Assembly (NCBI GenBank): GCA_024679065.1
Contig: JAGIQG010000001.1
Coordinates: 99,696,001-99,760,000, forward strand
Length of the DNA stretch: 64,000 nucleotides
Source: Sphyrna mokarran
Lineage: Eukaryota
Direction of reading: 5' to 3'
The notes under the pieces: generated by a model
Told to the model about the DNA's origin: nothing
What the model saw: the letters and a program-made list of their open reading frames with translations, nothing else
The model's database searches: none
Program-made: the position numbers and the translations under genes
Shown: piece after piece, positions 11,831 through 24,319 of the stretch
Numbering within the stretch: the first letter of the stretch is position 1
Layout of the letters: every line of letters begins with the position of its first letter

Positions 11831-12599
11831 TTTGAGGGCTGGTGCTGGAATGTCCCGGTGCCAACTTCTGGAGATCTGTTGTGAAAGTTAAAGCTTTTCC
11901 TGCAGTAATCAGAATGAATTGCGATGGGGAGAGTGCTATTTATTTTATCTGTTGCTCCCCCTTCCCCTCTGGCGTGCTCATTTTTTATTGATTATATTTA
12001 AGCTGACACAACAGCAGAACAGATAGGCAAACAAAATGTATGGCAGCAAGCTCAGCTGGGAGCCAGTCTCTACCCTGACTGCGTGACCCCATGCAGTTAA
12101 TTCTAACTGTCATTCCAGCTTTATTTTTACTCAGTTAGTTTTCTTTTTGAAGATGTTGGGGCTTCTATACAAGACGAGGAAGACTGGCTTGTATTTTACT
12201 GCAAGAATTGGCACAAGTACTGTTTCTCTGTTATTCTGTGCATCGGGATATATTCAACCTCGGTGGCATTTTATGGATGATTTTGAACAGACCTGTGTTT
12301 TTATCATAACCAGTTCTCAAGTTACAAGTACTCTGTTATTTCATTGTTGTTTTTCATTGAAAGACTTTGTACAGAAACCAGTCCATTCCAATCAAATTTT
12401 GCAAGTAGCACAAAATCTGGAGCTCCGAGACATGGCAATGGAGTTAGCTTGTTGTCTTTTGGTGGGATGTGGGCTGCATTGTGAATGAGAATAACCAGAA
12501 TACATGCAAGTGATGAAGCAATAAATAAATTAAAAAGCCATTTTTGTTTCAATAACTTTTGATGCAACAATACAAGGAAACAATGTTTACAACCCTCAA

Positions 12600-12890
12600 A
12601 AAGTTAAAGTTTATTTATTAGTCACAAGTAGGCTTACATTACCACTGCATTGAAGATATTGTGAAAATCCCCGAGTCGCCACACTCCGGCACCTGTTCAG
12701 GGAGAATTGAGCATGGCCAATACATCTAACCAGCACATCTTTGGACCTGGGGAGGAAATCAGAGCAAACCCATGCAGACACTGGGAGAATGTTCAGATTC
12801 CACACAGACAGTGATCCAAGGCATGAATGGAACCCGGGTACCTGGCATTGTTTGGCAGCAGTGCTAACCACTGTGCCACTGTGCCACCCT
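12600..12890 (-). mobile_element. HE1/V-SINE-type SINE with alternative (non-CR1) tail
   Basis: GGTGGCACAGTGGCACAGTGGTTAGCAC...GGGTTCCATTC head, V-core, tail CCTACTTGTGACTAATAAATAAACTTT. Confidence 0.9.
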
Positions 12891-12895
12891 AACCA

Positions 12896-15110
12896 TTGAT
12901 TTGATTTGATTTGCTTTGATTAATTTTGTTACATGTATTAACATACAGTGAAAAGTATTGTTTCTTGCATTCTATACAGACAAAACATACCATTCATAGG
13001 GAAGGAAATGAGAGAATGCAGAATATAATGTTACAGGGAGTAGAAAAAGATTAATGCAAGGTAAGTCCATTCAAAAGTCCGACAGCAGCAGTGAAGAAAC
13101 TGTTCTTGAGTCAGTTAGTACAGCTGAGCCTTCAACACTATTATTCCCACAAAATTCATCTCCAAACTCTGTGGCCTGGGCTTCAGCACCTCCTTCTGCA
13201 ACAGGATCCTAAACTTCCTAACTCACAGATCACAATCAGTAAGAATAGGCAACAACACCTCCTCCATGATCAGCCTCAACACCAGTGTCCCCACAAGGCT
13301 GTGTTCTCAGCCCTCTGTTAAACTCCTTGTCCACCTATGTCTGTGTGGCCAAATTCCTTCCAATTCAATTTTCAAGTTGGCTGACAACACCACTGTAGTG
13401 GGTCAGATCTCAAACGATGATGAGACAGAGTACAGGAATGAGATAGAGATCCTGATGCAGCAACAATAATCTCTCCCTTAATGTCAATAAAATGAAGGGG
13501 ATAGTCATTGGCTTCAGAGAGCGTAAAGGAGAACGTGCTCCTGTCTACATCAACGGGGATGAAGTAGAAAAGTTGAAAGCTTTAAGTTTTAAGGTGTTCA
13601 GGTAACCAACAATCTGTCCTGGTCCCACCATGCATATAGTTAAGAAAGCCCACCAACGCCTCTGACCTGACTTTTGTATCTTTTTCCCGAAGGGAGAAGG
13701 TGGAAGAGGGGATGTCCAAAATGCATGTGGTCCTTAATTATGCGGGCTGCTTTGCTGAGGCAGTGGGAAGTGTAGACAGAATCAATCGATGGGAGGCTTG
13801 TTTGCATGATGGATTGCACTACCTTGACGATCTTTAGTAGTTCCTTGCAGTCTCGGGCACAGCAGGAGCCATACCAAGTGTGATACAACCAGAAAGAATG
13901 CTTTCTATGGTGCATCTGTAAAAGTTGGAGACTGTCATAGCTGACATGCCAAATTTCCTTAGTGTTCTGAGAAAATAGAGGCGGTGGTGGGCTTTCTTAA
14001 CTATAATATCACTATGGGGAGGGACCAGGACAGGTTGTTGGTGAGCTGGATGCCTAAAAACTTGAAGCTCTCGACCCTTTCTACTTCATCCCCATGCATG
14101 TAGACAGGGCATGTTCTCCTTTACGCCTTCTAATGTCAATGACAATCTCCTTCATTTTATTGACATTAAGTGAGAGATTATTGTTGCAGCATCAGTTTGC
14201 CAGATTCTCAATCTCATTCCTGTACTCTGGCTCATCATTGTTTGAGAGCTGATCCACTATGATGGTGTTGTCAGAAAACCTGAAAATTGAATTGGAGGGT
14301 AATTTGACCACACAGACATAGGTGCATAAAGAGTTTAGCAGGGAGTTGAGAACACAGTCTTATGGGGCACCAACGTTGAGGGTGACCATGGAGGAGGTGT
14401 TGATGCCTATGTTACTGATTGTTGTCTGTGAATTAAGAAGTTCAGGATCCAGTCGCAGAACGAGATGCTGAGGTCCAGGCCACAGAGCTAGAAGATGAAT
14501 TTTGTGGGAATAATGGTGTTGAAGGCTGAGCTGCAGTCAATAAATAGAAGTCTGACATAGTTGTCCTTGTTATCTAGATGCTCCAGGGTTGAGTGCAGAG
14601 CCAGGGAAATGGTGTCTGCTGTGGACCTCTTATAACTGTAGTGGATCCTGGCAGTCCAGAATGCTGGAATTGATTCGTGCCATGACTAATCTTTCAAAGC
14701 ACTTTATAATGATGAATGACAAAGCCACCAGCCGGTAAACATTAAAGCACACTGTTTGATTTTTCTTAGGTACCGGGATGACGGTCGTTTTCTTGAAGCA
14801 GATAGGAACCTCAGATTGTTGTAAAGAGAGGTTGAAGATGTCTGTGAATATCTCCGCCAGCTGAACCATGCAGGATCTGAGTGTACATCTGGGTATCCAC
14901 CTGGGCTAGTCACTGTCTGTGGATTGACCTTCAAGGAAGCTGCTCTGATGTCTGCAATGGTGACCCCAGATATAGGTTCATCCAGAGCTTCCAGGGTGGA
15001 GGACATGCTCTCGCTGACCTCTTGCTCAAAATTGGCATAGAATGCATTGAGCTCATCAGGGACGGGTGCGTTGGAACAGCAATTTGACATGCCTTCATCT
15101 TGTAGCCTGT
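12896..15110 (-). mobile_element. Rex/Babar-type LINE with an internal inverted insert (13121-13663)
   Basis: PDELNAFYANFE; QLAEIFTDIFNLSLQQSEVPICFKKTTVIPVPKK; (ATCAA)n-type tail at ~12896-12920. Confidence 0.9.
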
Positions 15111-16227
15111 TAAATCTTGCAGTGACACATTGTACCTCTGTGGTGCCTTTATTAAGCATTTACTTCAAGATGATGCAACTCACAAAAGATGCATAATGGA
15201 ATGAGAGAGGGATATCACAAAGTTTCAATTTTTTCTTACATTAGTGTACTTGAAGCAAACCAAATAAAAATATGCACACTTTTGACCAATTATTTAATAT
15301 TATTCACAGAATAGGGCAGAATTAGTTTGCACTGAGGAGTGCTATTATAATTGTTACAGCTTCCACTAATGAGATGCACACATTTTTAATATGATTCTAA
15401 TGTGAAGTAGTTTGTTGCTTTTGCATATTATTTGCTTTGGAAATTGTTTTCTGGGTGCACGCTTTTCATGTGGCTTCTAAAAACACTTTCCATCCTACTG
15501 TAAAAACAACCTTCAACCTTACAACGCAGATACAGTACAAATGATTCTTTTTAATTACAAAATAGCTTTTGTTGTTTGCAAAGCGAGAAACCCACAAAGT
15601 TTTCATCACTTTGCTTTGTAAATTATCTTGTGGATGGCTTAATTTAAGCCAGACAATAGTTGAATCAGCCAAACATGTTCAAAAGTACAAGCACCATGCA
15701 CAGGGCATGGAATGGATGATGGCATTCGAAAAAAGCTGACTTCAAAAGATAATTAATGATTCAAAAATGGAGAATAAGACCAACAAAGAATGAACTGCTA
15801 CATGCAAAGAAGATTGCTGATGAAACTTCTTAATCAAATTCATTTTCGCAGCACCATATGAGAGGATTTGATTTTCTCATTTAAAAATACAAAAGCATCC
15901 AAATCTGACAGTTACCTCACCTAAATGTAAACTTAACGGAATACTTCAGGAATAGGAGCCCAAACTTAAGTTAGTACAAGAGCAATTAGCTAAAGGGTCC
16001 ATGTTCAAGCTAATTACTTAGATTGAAAATCACTGATAAACCAAGACAACATATTCAGACGTTAATATCGAGCCTTCCAAAATTTATTCCATGCCTTTTT
16101 CTCGCCGTGGAAGTTATTACAAATTTCTAATTGTAGAACTAAGACACACTGAATGAACTGCCAGTGTATTTATGCAGAATTGGTTCAATGATCCTTTCAT
16201 ATTCCAAGACAATCATATTGAATAAAT

Positions 16228-16692
16228 ATATGGGATGGCAGGCCTGTCACATGAGGAGAGGCAAGTTGGTTAGGATTATATTCACTGGAGTTTAGAAGAC
16301 TGAGAGAGGATCTCATAGAAACTTATAAAATTCTAACAGGGTTAGACAGGGTACATTCAGAAAGAATGTTCCCAATGGTGGGGGAGTCCAGAATTAGGAG
16401 TTATAGTTTGAGGATAAGCAGTAAACCTTATAGAACTGAGATGAGGAGAAATTCCTTCACCTAGAGAGTGGCGATTGTATGGAATTCACTACCACCAAAT
16501 GTAGTTGAGGCCAAAACATTGTCTGATTTCAAGAAAAAATTAGATGTAACTATTGGGACTAAAGGGATCAAGGTATATGGAGGAAGGAGGGAATCCAGAT
16601 ATTGAATTCGATGATCAGCCATGATCAAGACGAATGGCAGAGGAGGTTTGAAGGGCTGAATGGCCTACTCCTGCTTCTAGTTTCTATGCTTC
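16228..16692 (+). mobile_element. CR1 LINE 3' end
   Basis: LGLYSLEFRRLREDLIETYKIL; 3' end AATGGCCTACTCCTGCTTCTAGTTTCTATG. Confidence 0.9.
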
Positions 16693-17484
16693 TATATGCA
16701 AATTACATATTTAGAAGACAATATGAATTATGTAAGATGCTTTTCTGGCAGTTTTGGAACAGGTATTGGGGCTATTTTATGCACAATAGATTTCTTGAGA
16801 GATGTAAACTTGTAGGACTTCACTGATGTTTCAGCATGTTTTTTTAGTTATTAATGCCATTTTGAGAAATAACTTCAACACTCTTTGTTAATCTTCCTCT
16901 CAATCGTATGTTCTATCTTTATATATTTAATGAAGAAAATGTGTATGTCTCCTGGAAATTCTGTGCAATTTTACTCAGGGTCTTTGACTTAGAAAATAGT
17001 TTATTCAATTAGCCTATCTTTATTACATTGGAATTGATGATTTTTACCAGTGTCTTGGGGATTGAATTCTGCCACTTGACATATTTATAATTAGGGTCTT
17101 TAGTTTATAGTGACATGATAATTGAAGATTTATTTTTATGAAACAATTATTTGACTTTTACCAGCGTTTTGAGGACGAACTTCCACAATTCGGTCCATTT
17201 TTCAATATAAATGATAAATCACTGCCTGAATCTAAATTTGTTTGATTGGATTGTTGTTTGGTATTTCCGTCAAGACCATGTGTACACTGAGAAACTGCAA
17301 CAAAAAAGTCTTCACTATCACTTCAACCAAAGAGCTGAGAGAACTCTGGAGTAATGGCTCCTGCACTGTACCTGGTTTTGACAGCTCTTTCTGCTAAGGC
17401 TAAGATAGACAAACTGGAGAAGCTTTGCAGAAATTTGCAACCATCGTCACAACTTATCAGCATAACACGGTATGGCTTTAATAT

Positions 17485-18120
17485 AAAGGCAAAACCCCGC
17501 AGATGCTGGAATCTGAAATGAAAACCAAAAATGTTAGGAAATCTCAGCCATCTGTGGGAATAGAGTCAACATTTCAAATTGGGTGTCCCTTTGTCAGAGC
17601 TAAAGGCAAGGTAAATCGGACAAGATTTATTCTATGAAGGAGGGAAGAGGTGTTGGGGGGGTACTGTAATTGATAGGCATTGCATAAACAAAAAGACAAA
17701 GGGAATTATGCTAAAAGCACCCATTAAGAGATCAACCAGTATGGCTTTATTTGCACCATTGAACATTCTTCCATGCTCTACGAACAGTGCAAGTAATAAT
17801 ATTGTGATTAAGGCAATTGTGATGATGAAGCTGAACGCTTGCATTTTTCTGTAGATAGACCATCCTCTGAAGCCATTGGCTAGAACCATTGGTTGGCAGC
17901 CCCATCAGTGCTGGAAGGGCCAGGAGGGAGTCAGTGATAAGTGCTGGGGTTATAGCTGAAGTGACATGCAGGCAATCCTGGTGTCTTGGTACAGGCGAAT
18001 GAGGGACATGCGCAGTTGGCAGGGGGAAAGAGGATTGCTTCAAGACAGGGAATGTGTAGGAAAGAAGAAGGGATGTTGAGTTAAGGGGGTCCATTCTAAG
18101 AGCATCGATGAACAGCATCC
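17485..18120 (-). mobile_element. Degraded Penelope-type element end with decayed hammerhead-like motif
   Basis: GCAGATGCTGGAATCTGAAA...GGAAATCTCAGC block also seen at ~29525-29600 and ~55755-55840; minus strand CTGACAA-AGGG..CCC..GAAA at ~17573-17596. Confidence 0.5.
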
Positions 18121-18689
18121 AAGAGTGACCCCCTCATCCTTCCTGCCCTATGACCATTTGAGGTTATAAATCAGGCTTTTTGCTCCTGCCCTGCTGCCCA
18201 CGCCAAATGTATTATTTGGGTGAATAGACTTCCTAACAAGCCTAATTTACTCTTAAATGTCACTTTAATATGGGAAGGGAGTTACTGATTATGTGTCCTG
18301 TCCATCTCCCTCTCATATTATGGGAGTGATCCCTAGGGTGGGTGGTAAGGTGTTGGAATATGCATGCATGCCATTTTACATGGCCCCGCCCAATCCATAC
18401 TGGAAACACACCCACCGAGGGCATATAAAATTCTGTTCTGTAGTTGAGAACCAAAACTTCTGGAAAACTGAAACTGGTTGAAGTCATATAAAAAGATACA
18501 GAGTTACCCAAGTTCAGATAATGATTCCAATGGTGCAGTACAGGCAGGCTGAACACAAGCCTAGATCCAGAAACTGAGATAAGCAAAGAGGTAATTGCTA
18601 TTGCTCAGTTTCTGTTACTTGAAGGTCACATTGGTATATTTACATCATCCAGACTCCCTTGAGCAGAGTTGAAGAATTTTTGCTAATGT

Positions 18690-19005
18690 TTGGAGTGACA
18701 CAATAGTTAGCCAGAGATCTGGGTTCAATTCTGGCGTTGGGTGACTGTGTGGAGTTTGCACATTCTCCCTGTGTCTGCCTGGATTTCCTCTGGGTGCTCT
18801 AGTTTCCTCCCACTGTTAAAAGATGTGCACACTAGGTGATTGGCCGGGATAAGTTGCCCCTTAGTATCTAAAGATGTGTAGGTTAGGTGGATTAGCCATA
18901 GTACATGTGGGGTTATTGGATAGGATAGAGGGAATGCTCTTTCAGAGTTTTAGTGCAAACTTGATGTGCCAAATGGCCTCTTTCTGCACTGTAGGGATTT
19001 TACAG
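18690..19005 (+). mobile_element. HE1/V-SINE-type SINE with CR1-type tail
   Basis: GGGTTCAATTC B box, GTGGAGTTTGCACATTCTCCCTGTGTCTGC core, GGCCTCTTTCTGCACTGTAGGGATT tail. Confidence 0.9.
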
Positions 19006-19079
19006 TTTGCCATTTTTGGTGAAGACCCTACTTGTGGAATTCTGGTTGGTTTTGCCCTGCTATTGGCTGGGATCAGCAT

Positions 19080-19548
19080 ATTATAAGGCAGCAGTGCTAA
19101 CCATTGTGCCACTATGCTGAAGTTACTGTGAGATTCTCCTAGTTGCCACACTCTGGCACCTGTTCGGATCAATGCACCTAACCAGCACGTCTTTCAGGCT
19201 GTGGGAAGAAACCAGAGCACCCAGATGAAACTCATGCAGACTCCACACAGACAGTGACTCAAACTGGGAATCAAATCCAGGTCCCTGGCATTATAAGGCA
19301 GCAGTGCCAACCATTGTGCCACTGCCAAGGACCTGCATTTGATTCCCAGCTTGAGTCGCTGTCTGTGTGGAGTCTGCATGGGTTTCATCTGGGTGCTCTG
19401 ATTTCCTCCCACAGCCTGAAAGACGTGTTGGTTAGGTGCATTGATCCGAACAGGTGCCAGAGTGTGGCAACTAGGAGAATCTCACAGTAACTTCATTACA
19501 ATATTAATGTAAACCTTACTTGCAACTAATAAATAATAAATAAACTTT
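19080..19548. repeat. V-SINE-derived inverted duplication (173-bp arms, 32-bp spacer)
   Basis: 19118-19290 is the reverse complement of 19323-19495 with 8 mismatches by manual alignment; the spacer is repeated directly at 19080-19113. Confidence 0.95.
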
Positions 19549-20415
19549 AAGCTCTTGGAGAAAGAACCTGAAAATCTTTGAGAAAGATAGAGTTTTTGTA
19601 ACTGAGATTAATAATCGATATATATGATGAATAGACTGTTGAGATTTGTAAAATTTGTAAGATTTATCTTAGTTGTATCTGTCATTTAATGTGTAATTTA
19701 TAGTTTATTAACTGCAAATGTGTGTTAAATTGATGCTTAACTCATATTGATTCTGGGTTGTAGAGTGCAGGAGGTTACACAAGATAATACTTGCTTTGTC
19801 TGATTCTTGTATAGTAAAAATAATTTTGTTTTAAGCTGCAATTTTGTTACATCACTCTTTCAGAATATAATGGGTATTTTGAATTGCTTTTTAAAAAGAT
19901 ATCTACCTGCTCGCTACAAAAATTATAACAATATGTATCTTTGAAAAAAAATACAATTGACACATTTTAGCAATGGACTGAGGGCAGGGAATTTTGTGAA
20001 AGCACTCTATCTTGGCCTAGGATAAAGTGATTTAGCCTGTATGCATGCAGCCTTGTTTACCATAATGAGAGATAATTAAGGTCTCCACCCCTACTATCTC
20101 TGTTTGCTGACAGTAAGGAACCTATTAAGATATTTACATTATTTGCTGATGATGTTCAGGCAGCTGAACCCAGGGAGGGCGGGCAAGAAGAAGCATAAAG
20201 CATAGCAGGAGGTACAGGCCAGAAGCAATTAAAAAACAGCATTAAAAGTGTTTTTTGATTCAAGGTATTGGATTTGTAACAGTGCAAATAGCTCAATGCT
20301 TATTTCTTTCAAAAATATGCACCTTTACTGAGCTGTGAGATGTGTGTTAATTTTTATATCAAAGATTCTTGTCATTACATCAGTTTTTAAAAAGGAAAGT
20401 TGGTACCAGGCTCTA

Positions 20416-21903
20416 TTGTTTGTTTATTGATGTCACAAATAGACTTGCATTATCACTGTAATGAAGCTATTGCAAAAATCCTCTACTTCGGTGCCTTTTC
20501 AGGTACATTGAGGGAGAATTTAACATGGCCAATACATTTAATCAGCATGTCTTTTAGTCTGTGAGAGGAAACCAGAGTAGAACATAGAACATAGAATACA
20601 ATAGCACAAACAAGCCCTTCGGCCCACGAGTTGCGCTGATCACATCTATACCTACCAAGCCACAGACCTATCTATAAACCCCTATATAGTTCCCATATAC
20701 TCATCCAGAAGTCTTTTAAAAGACCCCAGCAAGTTCGCCTCTACCACCACCGACGGCAGCCGATTCCATTCACTCACCACCTCTGAGTGAAAAACTTACC
20801 CCTAACATCTCCTCTGTACTTGCTTCCCTGCACCTTAAATCTGTGTCCTCTCGTAGCGACCATTTCAGCTCGGGAAAATAGCCTCTGAGAATCCACCCTA
20901 TCTATTCCTCTCAACATTTTATAAACCTCTATCAGGTCGCCTCTCAACCTATGTCTCTCCAGGGAGAAGAGTCCCAGCTCCCTCAACCTCTCTTCATAAG
21001 GCCTGCCTCCCAATCCAGGCAACATCCTTGTAAATCTCCTCTGCACCCTTTCAATAGCTTTCACATCCTTCCTATAGTGAGGCGACCAGAACTGCGCACA
21101 GTACTCCAAGTGGGGTCTGACAAGAGTCTCATAAAGCTGCATCATTACCTCCTGACTCCTAAACTCAATCCCTCAATTAATGAAGGCCAGTACACCATAC
21201 GCCTTCTTGACCACATCCTCCACCTGCGAGGCCGATTTAAGAGTCCTATGGAACCAGACCCCAAGATCCTTCTGCTCTTCAACACAGCTAAGACTCCTAC
21301 CCTTGATATTGTACTCCTTCATCACATTATTCCTGCCAAAATGGACCACTACACATTTATCCGTGTTGAAGTCCATCTGCCACTTCTCCGCCCAGTCTTG
21401 CATCCTGTCTATGTCCTGCTGCAACTTTTGACATCCCTCCAGACCATCCACAACACCACCGACCTTTGTATCGTCGGCAAACTTACTAACCCATCCCTCC
21501 ACTTCCTCATCCAGGTCATTTATGAAAATGACAAACAGCAGAGGTCCCAGAACAGATCCTTGGGGCACTCCACTGGTAACCGACCTCCATGCAGAAAAAG
21601 ACCCATCCACACCCACTCTCTGCCTTCTGCTGGCAAGCCAGTTCTGGATCCACGAGGCCAAAGCCCCTTGGATTCCATGCCCTCTCACTTTCTCAAGAAG
21701 CCTTGCATGGGGGACCTTATCAAACGCCTTGCTGAAGTCCATGTACACCACGTCCACCGCTCTTCCTTCATCGATGTATCCTGAGGAAACTCACGCAAAC
21801 ACAGGGAAAAATGTGTAGACTCCACACAATGACCTAAGCTGGGAATTGAACCCGGGTCCCTGGTGCTGTGAGGCAGTAGTGTTAACCACTGTGTCACTAT
21901 GCC
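20416..21903 (-). mobile_element. V-SINE (alternative tail) split by a CR1 insertion
   Basis: Tail and core at 20416-20578 end in GAAACCAGAGTA; the SINE resumes at ~21776 with TCCTGAGGAAAC and runs to the head TTAACCACTGTGTCACTATGCC. Confidence 0.85.
20579..21775 (-). mobile_element. Young 5'-truncated CR1 LINE
   Basis: ORFs 21173-21757 (YMDFSKAFDKVPH, GVPQGSVLGP, KFADDTK) and 20774-21145 are in one frame, separated by a single TGA; (CATAGAA)n tail; CpGs retained. Confidence 0.97.
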
Positions 21904-22947
21904 TGGTTCTGATGATAAGCTATTGCCTCATGAAACATGGAAGTAAGTCAAGTGACTGAAATTAAAAATTCAATGAGGTTTGCAGCAGGCAGCCAGTAAC
22001 TCGCTGTGATGTGATTGGAATTAAACCTTAGGTCTTCTGTGGAGGAAAAATAAACTCACTAGAAAAGGAATGATGTACATGTAGATTCAGGAATAAGTTA
22101 AGACTCCTCTTTAATTAACTAGTTCCAAAGTTTCAGCACACTTTGCTCATTACTATCTGAGGGGGAGGTATATAGCCCTCATCAAGATAATAAACCAAAT
22201 TCCCCTCTAACACTTCTGCTCCATCTGATACCTTCCGTGCTCTTTGGGCACTACAGGAACTGGAGTGTGTTATCAACCCTTTTAATCACTTTTTGATTTG
22301 ATGTTTTAGGTTTCATTTGTGATTTGTTTTTGGTTTCGGACGATTCCCCTTTGAGGGGCTGTTTTGTTTTATTTTGTCCTTCAGTTTATTTGATTTAATT
22401 TGATTGTTTTATCTTAAAAGGAATTTGCCAGCTCAGGGTGCTTTTACAAAACTCCCTGGATTAGCCTCCCACACCCCTCCCCCCCAAACACATTGCACAT
22501 CACTCTGGAAGGGTCAGATCCAAGGCAAACCAGTTCATGGTTCTGTGATGCCTCCCTGTAGATTCTCTTCCAATCTAACAGGGAATGGTGAGAGCTTCTC
22601 TTCCCAAACAATAGCAACAGGATACCCACCTGCTCGACCAAAGCAGCCTGGACAGAGATTGCAGAAGAGGTTAGCAACTCTAAGGTACATCAAAGAACCT
22701 GGGACCAGTGCAGGAAAAGAATCAATTATCTTATTCAGTCTGCCCTGTATGTATTTTTGCACATGTGCAGATGGACTAGACAGGTAAATGCATGATTCAC
22801 CTCAGGACAGCATGGCATTTAAGACGAAAGCACGTGACAGTTTGGCTTCAGTTAATGATTGGATTTACAAGACAGATTGTATGAGGGGGGAATGGGTGCA
22901 GACAAAGTCATTTAGCATTTGACAAGTCAGTAAATTTCCACTTCCTC

Positions 22948-23705
22948 CTTTTTAAAAATTCTTTCACGGGATGTGAGGGTCGTTGGTTAGGCCAGCATTG
23001 ATTGCCCGTCCCTAATTGTCCTTGAAAGTTGGTGGTGAGCTACCTCCATAAACCGCCATAGTCCATGTATTATAGCTACACCCACAGTGCTGTTAGGACG
23101 GGAGTCCAGCATTTTGATCCAGCGAAAGTAAAGTCCCAATCATTGTTCCAAATCAGGATGGTGTGTCACTTGGAGGGAACTTGTAAGTGATGCTGTTCCC
23201 GTTCATTTGATGCCCTTGTCTTTTTAGATGCAGGCATTATGGCCAGAACTCGCCTGTCACTGAATCAAAGCAGGTGAGAGACCAACAACAGAAACCTCCG
23301 CTGACCTCAGGCGGGAATTTCTAGTCTCACTGAGCGAGTCCCGTGAGTTTGGAAGGGGCTGTTGAAGGAGCCTTGATGAGTTGCTGCAGGGCATCTTGTA
23401 TATCGTGCATTTGCTGCTGTGCATTGGTGGTGGAGAGAGTAGATATTAATTGTGCTGGATGGATTGTGTATGAATCAAGCAAGCCATTTATGTTGTCAAT
23501 CTTCCTGAGTGTTGTTGAATCTGCTCTCCTCCAAGTAAGTGGAGAGTATTCCATCACGTTCCTGATTTGTGCCTTGTGGACGGTCGACAGGCTTCGGGAG
23601 TCAGGAAGTGAGTTACTTGTTGCAAAATTTCCTCTGAGTTGCTTTTACAGCCACAATATTTATATGGCTGAAGCCATTCAGTTTCTAGTCAATGGTAGCC
23701 CCAAG
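22948..23705 (-). mobile_element. L2/CR1-group LINE 3' fragment with a MITE-like insert (~23238-23345)
   Basis: MEYSPLTW...STTLRKIDNI C-terminal ORF2 motif; the 3' end shares the GGGCAAT(A/C)AATGCTGG-like block with the SINE at 4122. Confidence 0.7.
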
Positions 23706-24319
23706 AAGGTAAGTGGAGATTTCACTTTTTCACATGTAAATAGTGCACAATTTATAATTTTCACTTTATTCATGTGTATGTCATCATCTTTTTGAGGAAA
23801 TTCATTAGTGAAAACTAAGCTGTATTGTTATACGTCATAGTTGGCATTCGTAAATAGCTGCAGGGCAATGTTAGATATCTTCTTTATAGAAGGAGACTAT
23901 AGTTTTGTGTATTTGTGATAAGTCTTTAACATATATGTGTTTGTGTTCATTTTGAGGTTTGCCAGTCGGTCGCACATAGAGAAACATGTGGATTTATCAG
24001 ACACTCGGTGATATGGAGGGTCAGGAAGATAATCTGAGATTATGTTCTGCATGGACCTTAAACTGCCTTAGATGGAGGATTAGTAACAATTGAGCAGGAT
24101 CTGAAATCTCAGTCATGCGTGACTGCCCGCAAATGCTTCAGTTCTCCTGGGTAATAGTCTTCAACAGCGAGTGTGTGTGACAGATGTCCACTCCCCTTAT
24201 TCATAAAGATGCTGGAGAATGTAAATTTAAGGATAACTCCTGAAGGTGGGGATGCAGTTGGGAAAGCTGGCAGGGATTGGTAGACATCATAAGCAAGCAA
24301 ATATTTCCTAGTGTGAGAC

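Noticed and set aside
12147-12488. 113-aa ORF in unique sequence
   Set aside because: No recognisable domain, TTG start, and only weak splice signals.
12820-12890. tRNA gene
   Set aside because: The A/B boxes belong to a SINE head followed by V-core and tail; there is no complete cloverleaf.
20951-21784. 277-aa plus-strand ORF
   Set aside because: Antisense shadow of a young CR1 ORF2.
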